Shown here: positions 57,237 through 64,000 of the stretch, piece after piece
Layout of the letters: the number at the start of each line of letters is the position of its first letter
Position numbering within the stretch: position 1 is the stretch's first letter
Origin: a virus
Strand: one strand, 5' to 3'
Length of the DNA: 64,000 nucleotides
Virus record (IMG/VR): IMGVR_UViG_3300028197_000003
Coordinates: 128,352 to 192,351 of that record
Made by a program: the position numbers and the translations under genes
The notes under the pieces: generated by a model
Databases searched by the model: none
Told to the model about the DNA's origin: nothing
The model's input: the letters and a program-made list of their open reading frames with translations, nothing else

Positions 57237-58331
57237 ATGCCTCGCTCTATTGATTCCAAGTTCCACATCAACACACTGACTGACAACTTTGGTACTGAAC
57301 TTGACGCTGATATGGTCAAGGCATATTGCAACAGTGCAAATGTGTCCTATCAGACCATGACTAAGTATCTGAATCAGTATAAGGTCCGTCGTGGCAATTG
57401 GAATGTCAGTGATGATAGCACCACCCTTGGGGAGCAGAGTCCTGTCACTGTTGAGCGTGTTCTACCCACTACTGAAGTGGAAACACTCGTTCCTGCCAAA
57501 GATGATACATTTGTTGCCTTTGGTGGATTCCGTGATCTAAAGAAAGTAATTCAATCACATCAATTCTATCCTGTATTCATTACAGGTATGTCCGGCAATG
57601 GTAAGACATTTGGTGTTGAGCAAGCATGTGCACAACTAGGACGTGAATTGATTCGCGTCAATATCACTGTGGAGACTGATGAAGATGACCTTATTGGTGG
57701 TTTTCGTTTGTTGAATGGTGAGACAGTTTGGCACAATGGTCCAGTGATTGATGCTATGTCACGTGGAGCAGTTCTCCTTTTAGATGAGATTGACCTAGCA
57801 TCAAATAAGATCTTATGTCTACAATCTATTCTTGAGGGTAGTGGTGTCTTCCTGAAGAAGATTGGTGTGCATGTAACACCAAACAATGGATTCAATGTCA
57901 TTGCCACTGCTAATACCAAAGGCAAGGGATCTGATGATGGTAGATTCATTGGCACTAATGTTCTCAATGAGGCATTTCTTGAGAGATTCCCTGTCACATT
58001 TGAGCAGTGCTATCCAACACCAGCAGTTGAGTCTAAGATTCTTGAAAATGTTGCAGAACAACTCAACATTCCTGCTATTGGTGAGCACACTGATTTCTAC
58101 AAGCATCTTGTAGATTGGGCAGACATTGTACGTAAAACATTCAATGATGGTGGCATTGATGAAATTATTTCAACTCGTCGCCTGGTGCATGTTGTGCGAG
58201 CATATAGTATCTTTGGTGATAAGATGAAAGCAATTGAATTGTGCTTGAATCGCTTCGATGATGATACTAAACTGTCGTTCATGCAATTGTATACTAAACT
58301 TGATGCGGATATCGTCATAGAGAGTGACTAA
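57237..58331 (+). CDS. cobS: MoxR/CobS-like AAA+ ATPase
   Basis: GMSGNGKT, LLLDEID, ATANTKG, NEAFLERF, STRRLV. Confidence 0.9.
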   Translation: MPRSIDSKFHINTLTDNFGTELDADMVKAYCNSANVSYQTMTKYLNQYKVRRGNWNVSDDSTTLGEQSPVTVERVLPTTEVETLVPAKDDTFVAFGGFRDLKKVIQSHQFYPVFITGMSGNGKTFGVEQACAQLGRELIRVNITVETDEDDLIGGFRLLNGETVWHNGPVIDAMSRGAVLLLDEIDLASNKILCLQSILEGSGVFLKKIGVHVTPNNGFNVIATANTKGKGSDDGRFIGTNVLNEAFLERFPVTFEQCYPTPAVESKILENVAEQLNIPAIGEHTDFYKHLVDWADIVRKTFNDGGIDEIISTRRLVHVVRAYSIFGDKMKAIELCLNRFDDDTKLSFMQLYTKLDADIVIESD

Positions 58332-58385
58332 ATATAGCGCAATCAGAGATTATAAGTTATAATCTCTATAATACTTTGCTGATAG

Positions 58386-58562
58386 ATGAACGTCTCCGAC
58401 CTTATCGATCTTGCCAATGAATGTAAAGCACATTCAGACTATGAAGCATATGCAAAGTATGTTGGAATTGATTACGATACCTACTACGAAAGTATGCTAG
58501 GAATCGAAGAGGATGTGCCAGATGAGGATCTGGCACATTTTTCATGGTGTGAGTTAGATTGA
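58386..58562 (+). CDS. Small acidic hypothetical protein
   Basis: 58-aa open frame read by eye (MNVSDLIDLANEC...). Confidence 0.5.
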   Translation: MNVSDLIDLANECKAHSDYEAYAKYVGIDYDTYYESMLGIEEDVPDEDLAHFSWCELD

Positions 58563-58572
58563 GCTCTATACT
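58514..58572 (+). promoter_or_regulatory. Palindromic early promoter, TATACT variant
   Basis: TGTGCCA-N10-TGGCACA; TATACT at 58567. Confidence 0.65.
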
Positions 58573-58718
58573 ATGGAAGTCGGGAGGCAACGATGGCCTA
58601 TGTCCGTCACAACCCGACACCCCATTCACATTACTTGCACAACTGAGAGTTATCTGATATACTTTCGATATGGGAGTAACGCCGCCCTAAAGATCGTTTC
58701 CATTCTATATTCATCATC

Positions 58719-58949
58719 ATGCAAATTACCGGTTCATCTGCAATTGCTGCTATCAACTTCGGTTCTGATAACGCAGTCTCCGTGCAATTCACCAGTAAGG
58801 ATACAGCATACGACTTCGTTGCCTTGGATGCCACCGCACTCAAGCAGGAAGTCGAGACCACTGTAACCAAAGGTGAAAGCATTGGCAAACTCATCGCCGC
58901 TCGTCGCCGTGATGGTTCACTCAAGGATGTAGTTGTTCAGGCATCCTGA
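58719..58949 (+). CDS. Small early protein (KTSC-like SSAI start)
   Basis: SSAIAAINF...GESIGKLI. Confidence 0.6.
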   Translation: MQITGSSAIAAINFGSDNAVSVQFTSKDTAYDFVALDATALKQEVETTVTKGESIGKLIAARRRDGSLKDVVVQAS

Positions 58950-59045
58950 ATGTAACTATCTGTTACCTCGTCCACAATAGTTTCTCACACAAACTAGAAT
59001 GATCATGCCGGTCTTATCCACCGGCACTTTTTTTACCATATCGCT

Positions 59046-59381
59046 ATGTCACTTGATTACGCCAAAGTTTGGGAAGTGATGAACGATCTCGATGAAGTCA
59101 TTGAACAATGTAAGATCATCCAACAAATGTCTCAGGACTTGGGTGATATGATTTCACATGAATGTGATGATGATGTGATTCTGAACAGTGTAATGACACT
59201 TACAGGAGTTTCAGAGTTCATGCACCGTAAATTGCAGAACAGTTCCAACCTTGCTTGGAACAATACAGTGGTGCCTTTGAAGCGATCAACATATGGTGCA
59301 TTTTCAAATGCAAGCACGACTAACGTATCGTCAAGAACATTTGAAAATAGCATAAAAACAGGGATGATTGATCTCTCGTGA
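59046..59381 (+). CDS. Hypothetical helical protein
   Basis: ORF with phage-like start context. Confidence 0.6.
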   Translation: MSLDYAKVWEVMNDLDEVIEQCKIIQQMSQDLGDMISHECDDDVILNSVMTLTGVSEFMHRKLQNSSNLAWNNTVVPLKRSTYGAFSNASTTNVSSRTFENSIKTGMIDLS

Positions 59382-59920
59382 ACTCAACAATGATCGACAC
59401 CACAATTCCCGCTCAATTCATTGAAAGTTATCACACTCACGATGATGCCAAACAGAATCGTGATGTTGATCCTTATATTGACTCTCCCTTTCTTATCTAC
59501 AAACAGATGAGTAGCAAGAGGAAGGGTAAATTCTTCGAGTTACTTGTATCTGAATATTGTCAACATCTTGGTTTTGATGTTGCTCGTGCTAAGACTACTG
59601 ATTACGATCGATTGATCAATGGTCAACGATGTGAAATCAAAGGATCTATGTTATGGGGTCAAGGTGATCAGTTCAGATGGCAACAGATTCGTCCACATCA
59701 AGAATATGATCTAATGATCTTCCTTGCAATGTATCCTGATCGTGTTGATATGTTCTCTTCTACTAAAGAAGAAGTAAGAGACTATGTTGCACACCCTGAT
59801 GGTGATGGATTCTGGAAGTGTAACCAGCATGGGGGAAAGTCTGTGAACTCAGGTACATTCTTCCTTGATGGTTTTCCTGAAGACTTCAACTTTATGCGTT
59901 CATTGTATTGGAACCTCTGA
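59378..59920 (+). CDS. PD-(D/E)XK restriction-endonuclease-like protein
   Basis: KGKFFE...DYD...EIKGS...QQIRP. Confidence 0.6.
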   Translation: MNSTMIDTTIPAQFIESYHTHDDAKQNRDVDPYIDSPFLIYKQMSSKRKGKFFELLVSEYCQHLGFDVARAKTTDYDRLINGQRCEIKGSMLWGQGDQFRWQQIRPHQEYDLMIFLAMYPDRVDMFSSTKEEVRDYVAHPDGDGFWKCNQHGGKSVNSGTFFLDGFPEDFNFMRSLYWNL

Positions 59921-59923
59921 ATA

Positions 59924-60109
59924 ATGAAGAGAGTTCGTATTTCTAATGAGTTCTTCGAGATCGTGATGAGTGAGGAAGAGTATGAATCAGTAAAAGTAAT
60001 GTGTAAACGTTACGACATTAGTGAATCTTATTACTTCCTTGAGTTTGACATTTCGACAGAAGTGTGTAGTATGGAGGAACTCAAACAACTAGAGGATTCA
60101 GACCAATGA
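59924..60109 (+). CDS. Hypothetical protein
   Basis: ORF track; CKRYDIS..YYFLEF. Confidence 0.55.
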   Translation: MKRVRISNEFFEIVMSEEEYESVKVMCKRYDISESYYFLEFDISTEVCSMEELKQLEDSDQ

Positions 60110-60243
60110 GACAATTCATCGTTTCTGCTCTCGTTGAGGGTTATCGCATTGAAGAAAGTTTCACTGCGGTTAGTATTCATCACGCTATCAAGTTGATGGA
60201 GGCAAAGTACAGTACCGCAAGAAACATTTATTGTGTTGACTGA
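60106..60243 (+). CDS. Small hypothetical protein
   Basis: 45-aa frame, ATGA-coupled to upstream ORF. Confidence 0.5.
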   Translation: MRQFIVSALVEGYRIEESFTAVSIHHAIKLMEAKYSTARNIYCVD

Positions 60244-60244
60244 C

Positions 60245-60302
60245 TGTGCCACTCTATGAACCGTCTACTCTTGGGGGAGTGGGCGGTTTTTTAGTGTATT
60301 AT
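60245..60302 (+). promoter_or_regulatory. Degenerate palindromic early promoter with embedded terminator hairpin
   Basis: TGTGCCA with TGTATTAT 50 nt later; AACCGTCTACTC/GAGTGGGCGGTT hairpin plus T run inside. Confidence 0.6.
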
Positions 60303-60325
60303 TCTAATAGTTCAAACAAAGGTTC

Positions 60326-60694
60326 ATGACTGCTGCATTTGCTGACTTCGTTGCAACTCAAGATGCACGGAATGATATTCAGTTGAAAGTTCGTGAGCAC
60401 ACTCTTACATTGTGTGATCGTCTTGAAGAGAATTTCAAGAACAGTCATCCTAACTCTGATCCATATAAATTCTACATTGCAGAAGGTGGACGTAAGTATC
60501 ACAAAATTGTGATGGAGACTGAATCTCAGTCTCGCAGTGTTCATGCCTTCGTTGATAAGAAGACTGGTGAAGTGTATAAACCTGCATCATTCAAGTCACC
60601 TGCAAAGCATGTTCGTTATAACTTGCTCGTGATTATTAGCAGGGAAGAATGTTACACTCGTGCTGATTGGTCTGGTGGTTATCTTTATATCTGA
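60326..60694 (+). CDS. Conserved T4-like early protein
   Basis: GRKYHKIV, SVHAFVD..TGEVYKPASFKSPAK..RY, DWSGGYLY. Confidence 0.75.
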   Translation: MTAAFADFVATQDARNDIQLKVREHTLTLCDRLEENFKNSHPNSDPYKFYIAEGGRKYHKIVMETESQSRSVHAFVDKKTGEVYKPASFKSPAKHVRYNLLVIISREECYTRADWSGGYLYI

Positions 60695-60915
60695 TGATAG
60701 TACGACAACAACCAATTCCACATCCTATCAGGAGGGATAACATTATGATCAGTATTTGTGATGGTATGTCACTCGAAGCAGTCATGATTCGTCTCAAGAT
60801 TGTTGATGATCAATTGGACAAATTGAACAAAGATCGTGAACTATTGGAGTCGAAGAAAGATGCACTGATAAGAATGGAACAAATTGATTGGATAGAAGTG
60901 GAGAAAATGTGTTAG
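60694..60915 (+). CDS. Small coiled-coil protein
   Basis: ATGA overlap with upstream ORF. Confidence 0.5.
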   Translation: MIVRQQPIPHPIRRDNIMISICDGMSLEAVMIRLKIVDDQLDKLNKDRELLESKKDALIRMEQIDWIEVEKMC

Positions 60916-60963
60916 AACTAATTGGTATTATTATTGTATTATCCCTTCTCATTGTCAAAACAA

Positions 60964-61158
60964 ATGTCTCACAAATTGACTGAACTCGATCTATTGAACG
61001 TGATCACCACGTTGAAAGATAAGGAACAAACTCTTGCTAATGATCGACACACATTGACTGAATTGGTTAGTAATAATGAAATGATGCAATTGCTCAAAGA
61101 AATCACTATTTTAGATAGTGAATTAGATATTATCGAAGAAGCACTAGAAAAGTTGTAA
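60964..61158 (+). CDS. Small coiled-coil protein
   Basis: Leu-rich heptads. Confidence 0.55.
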   Translation: MSHKLTELDLLNVITTLKDKEQTLANDRHTLTELVSNNEMMQLLKEITILDSELDIIEEALEKL

Positions 61159-61161
61159 CCA

Positions 61162-61219
61162 TGTGCCAATAGTATTAGTGTCACACTAAATGAGCACAGT
61201 GAACTGATTGATGTATTGT
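61162..61219 (+). promoter_or_regulatory. Palindromic early promoter
   Basis: TGTGCCA-N10-TGTCACA-N26-TGTATTGT. Confidence 0.8.
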
Positions 61220-61246
61220 TCTAATAGTTCAAATCAATCTTACATC

Positions 61247-61414
61247 ATGCTCAAAACACAATTGCTCAAAGTCGTCGGTGAAACTTCAAAGGGCATTGAT
61301 GCTAACCTAACACGAGTTGAAAAGTTTGAAGTATTCTGTCAAGTGTGTGATGGATTACTCCAAGATGGTAGGATTAGTTCTGCTAAACATTATTCATGGA
61401 CGAACGTATTCTAA
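61247..61414 (+). CDS. Small early protein
   Basis: Follows promoter; ends SWTNVF. Confidence 0.6.
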   Translation: MLKTQLLKVVGETSKGIDANLTRVEKFEVFCQVCDGLLQDGRISSAKHYSWTNVF

Positions 61415-61445
61415 CTCTAACTAACATCCAATTCAGGTCTAAATC

Positions 61446-61715
61446 ATGAATTACACTCTCAAACAACTCCAGAACAGAGTATCAAAAATGATTGCAGAAT
61501 ATGGTGATAATGCACATTGTGCAGCATGGATTTATAGTAAGGAAGATATACATTTATTGGATGAAAATGGTGATATTGATTATGATACCCAATTAGAGGA
61601 TTACAAACTAATTGGTGATATCATGGAGGATCTTGGTGATTCAGATTACATTTATTCTAAGATACAAGATCACCTTGATGAGATAACATCAGAGCATATC
61701 AAGGAGACTAAGTGA
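61446..61715 (+). CDS. Small acidic early protein
   Basis: MNYTLKQLQ..V...I..YG...CAAWIY. Confidence 0.65.
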   Translation: MNYTLKQLQNRVSKMIAEYGDNAHCAAWIYSKEDIHLLDENGDIDYDTQLEDYKLIGDIMEDLGDSDYIYSKIQDHLDEITSEHIKETK

Positions 61716-61723
61716 TAAGAATG

Positions 61724-61781
61724 TGTGCCACATGTATTAGTGGCACAGTAAATGAGCACAGCACTCTAGATCGTGTATTGT
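61724..61781 (+). promoter_or_regulatory. Palindromic early promoter
   Basis: TGTGCCA-N10-TGGCACA-N26-TGTATTGT. Confidence 0.8.
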
Positions 61782-61803
61782 TCAATCAGTTCAAACAAAC
61801 AAG

Positions 61804-61983
61804 ATGACTAAACTTCAAGCATTGAAAGAGTTCCGTTACAACTGGAAATGTGACACTAAGGGCACAAAAATGGCGACTGATTCTATTGCCAAGCGTCTGT
61901 CATGGTCATATTATACTGATGCACTTTGCAAGGAAGGTTACATCACCATGAAAAAATATGAATCATGGTCTAACCCTTTTTGA
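61804..61983 (+). CDS. Small early protein
   Basis: 59-aa frame after promoter; ends SWSNPF. Confidence 0.6.
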   Translation: MTKLQALKEFRYNWKCDTKGTKMATDSIAKRLSWSYYTDALCKEGYITMKKYESWSNPF

Positions 61984-62021
61984 TCTAAAGTAACACCAAC
62001 TGTTCTCCACTATCTAACATC

Positions 62022-62285
62022 ATGAAAGATTTCATTTGTGCTTACTTTGGTAAGGGTTCTAATGGTAAGTTATGGACCATAACTGCGAGAGGTTTCGCTA
62101 ATAGTCAAGAAGCACAAAAGCATGGTCTTTATATGATGCCAACTCCAGGAGTTCAGGGTTTCGCTGTTATCGCTGAGAATGACATTGTGAAAGGTTGGCA
62201 ACTACGACTAGAACGTAGTTTGTTATCACCAATCAACAGAGTCATTCAAGACGATGTAAACAACTACAAAATTGTATCTTACTAA
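62022..62285 (+). CDS. Small early protein
   Basis: ORF track. Confidence 0.6.
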   Translation: MKDFICAYFGKGSNGKLWTITARGFANSQEAQKHGLYMMPTPGVQGFAVIAENDIVKGWQLRLERSLLSPINRVIQDDVNNYKIVSY

Positions 62286-62286
62286 A

Positions 62287-62457
62287 ATGTCATTCATTTC
62301 TTGGTCAGTGTATCCTAAGGGACAACAATTCGATGCAGAGTATTTCACAAGTGAAGATCATGCAGTTGATGTTGCCTATTCTTGGTCTAGTGAGGAACAT
62401 GGAAAAACTATGATTGTAGCACGTAATGATATGATGTGGATGGAAGTCACTGCATAA
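62287..62457 (+). CDS. Small early protein
   Basis: ATG 1 nt after upstream stop. Confidence 0.55.
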   Translation: MSFISWSVYPKGQQFDAEYFTSEDHAVDVAYSWSSEEHGKTMIVARNDMMWMEVTA

Positions 62458-62468
62458 AATGTTATTAG

Positions 62469-62526
62469 TGTGCCACAAGTATTAGTGGCACAATAAATGA
62501 GCACAGCACTTGAAATGATGTATTGT
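62469..62526 (+). promoter_or_regulatory. Palindromic early promoter
   Basis: TGTGCCA-N10-TGGCACA-N26-TGTATTGT. Confidence 0.8.
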
Positions 62527-62554
62527 TAGAACAAGTCAAACAAAGGTTCATCCA

Positions 62555-62704
62555 ATGTATCAACTCCAGATCTTAGTAAAGAAGCAAGGTGAATGGGAGA
62601 ACACTGTATATCACCCTATGTCTAAGATGCGAGCATTGAATGTTATGGCAACAGTGAATAGATTCTACAGTAAGATTCACTGTTATAGAATTATAGAATG
62701 CTGA
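62555..62704 (+). CDS. Small early protein
   Basis: 49-aa frame after promoter (MYQLQILVKKQGEWENT...). Confidence 0.5.
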   Translation: MYQLQILVKKQGEWENTVYHPMSKMRALNVMATVNRFYSKIHCYRIIEC

Positions 62705-62739
62705 TCTAATTTATCCACCTTATCTAACATTTTTTCATC

Positions 62740-62967
62740 ATGCAACTCACTTCTAAAAAGGCATCAATGGTGATAGATATCTATCCCCATATACATCATC
62801 CAGGTAGTAAGTACGTATGGAAACTAACATTCAAAGGTGACACACAAACTAGTAAAGTTATCAATCACCGTGAGATGTTAGAATGTATTAGAGCAAGATT
62901 AGATCTAGGATATGCGGTGACTGATTATCATTCAACACCAGTAAATCACACCATTTGTGCATGTTGA
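62740..62967 (+). CDS. Small early protein
   Basis: MQLTSK..M.IDIYP. Confidence 0.6.
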   Translation: MQLTSKKASMVIDIYPHIHHPGSKYVWKLTFKGDTQTSKVINHREMLECIRARLDLGYAVTDYHSTPVNHTICAC

Positions 62968-63098
62968 TCATGAGACTATTCTTCCTAGTATTGTTCACTA
63001 TCTTAGGTGCCAATCTATTGGTATCAGTGTTAGATAGTAAGATGGTTGAAACTATCAACCAACGTAATGAATCCATCCAACAAATGATGAACAAATGA
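62961..63098 (+). CDS. Small membrane/secreted early protein
   Basis: Hydrophobic N-terminus; ATGA-coupled to next ORF. Confidence 0.45.
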   Translation: MLIMRLFFLVLFTILGANLLVSVLDSKMVETINQRNESIQQMMNK

Positions 63099-63301
63099 AT
63101 GATAACATAATCGATCGCGATGTTGTTCAAGATGCTTACATTAGAGATCTAATGTATAGTATGGATAAGAAAGAACGTGATGAGATAATATATGATTCGA
63201 TTGATAATGACTTAGATCAGTTATCAATTACTGAACTAATTGATGAACTTGAAAAATATAAACCATCGTTGCTGAATACACCTAGCACAGATAAAGAATA
63301 A
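63095..63301 (+). CDS. Small acidic early protein
   Basis: ORF track. Confidence 0.55.
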   Translation: MNDNIIDRDVVQDAYIRDLMYSMDKKERDEIIYDSIDNDLDQLSITELIDELEKYKPSLLNTPSTDKE

Positions 63302-63312
63302 AAACGATATAC

Positions 63313-63370
63313 TGTGCCACTATGATTGGTGTCACATGATATCGGATAGAGGTGCAAAATGATGTATTGT
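63313..63370 (+). promoter_or_regulatory. Palindromic early promoter
   Basis: TGTGCCA-N10-TGTCACA-N26-TGTATTGT. Confidence 0.8.
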
Positions 63371-63392
63371 AAGGAAGTCAAAGGAAAGCATC

Positions 63393-63602
63393 ATGATCAG
63401 ACGTAACGCAACCGCAGCAGATTTTCAGAACTGGGAGACACTTGCCGCTGAAATGTCTGATGCTGAACTCCTCTATGCTGCCAGGGATTGCCGTAAGGTT
63501 GAATCACTTTGGAGGCATCATGATCCCATGGTAGAAGGATTTTATAGTGACCAAGCATCCACCTTTGGAACTGCCCTAAACCGTCGTAGAATGTCAAACT
63601 GA
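63393..63602 (+). CDS. Small early protein
   Basis: Follows promoter. Confidence 0.6.
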   Translation: MIRRNATAADFQNWETLAAEMSDAELLYAARDCRKVESLWRHHDPMVEGFYSDQASTFGTALNRRRMSN

Positions 63603-63650
63603 CCGACTAGGATACAATCAGTTCAAACAAACAAACAAAGGAAACCAATC

Positions 63651-63977
63651 ATGCGTAAGATCGAAATCCAGATGAATCAAGCGATCAGGTCTAAGAAAGA
63701 TTGGAAGAATGATAACACTAGCGTTCACTTTGATCCCGAAACTGGTGTCGCTATTGTACGTCTCTTCGGCAACAAAATTGCTGTAGTTACTAACAACAAC
63801 GACCTCACAATCTTTGATGGTGGGAGGCGATCAGTCACAACAAAATTTAGATTGAACGCTATCATCAACGAGTTCTGCAATGCATTCACTGATGGAGTAT
63901 TTCAAAGCAATTCTAAATGGTATATAAGAGATAACAATAATGTCACCCCATTTGTATCAGGTTATGTCTTCAACTAA
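63651..63977 (+). CDS. Conserved cyanophage early protein
   Basis: MRKIE.QMNQAI, L.GNKIA, TTK.RLNA, VFQ....WY. Confidence 0.7.
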   Translation: MRKIEIQMNQAIRSKKDWKNDNTSVHFDPETGVAIVRLFGNKIAVVTNNNDLTIFDGGRRSVTTKFRLNAIINEFCNAFTDGVFQSNSKWYIRDNNNVTPFVSGYVFN

Positions 63978-64000
63978 GTAACAACAACTCATTCCATCAC

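Noticed and set aside
57237-58331. Cobalamin biosynthesis function for cobS
   Set aside because: No cobN or other cob genes are present; the MoxR-VWA chaperone reading is more economical
58402-58924. ORF-track frames 58402-58629(-), 58573-58866(+) and 58631-58924(-)
   Set aside because: They conflict with the better-supported 58386 and 58719 ORFs and the promoter at 58514
60245-63370. CRISPR array reading of the repeated palindromes
   Set aside because: Copies are hundreds of bp apart, separated by ORFs, and tied to -10-like boxes; there are no cas genes (the 16526 nuclease is the usual phage exonuclease)

Overview
This window is a 64-kb piece of a marine T4-like cyanomyovirus (Kyanoviridae-type, probably a Synechococcus phage). 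Left to right it holds: (1) photosynthesis genes psbA (5'-truncated), psbD, petE and petF; (2) core replication and late-transcription genes (glutaredoxin, thyX, phoH, exonuclease, gp33, gp59, gp32) interleaved with many small-molecule-modifying enzymes: two tandem amidinotransferase-fold proteins, three radical SAM proteins, a split N-C-N carbamoyltransferase, several 2OG-Fe(II) oxygenases, an SGNH-like protein and an ABM protein; (3) baseplate, tail and fibre genes (gp53, gp48, gp2, gp4, gp26, gp51, gp5, several fibres); (4) a sugar-nucleotide module (KdsB-like, SIS-HAD fusion, GT-like); (5) a VWA/AAA pair and an early region of small ORFs, many behind a rigidly spaced palindromic promoter. 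The strongest novelty candidates are a tandem glutamine-riboswitch-like leader whose second aptamer has a 55-codon ORF nested inside its P2 loop (11059-11490), the dispersed amidino/carbamoyl/radical-SAM enzyme set, and a recurring A-tract motif at accessory-gene junctions. All family assignments come from motifs read by eye; no database searches were run.
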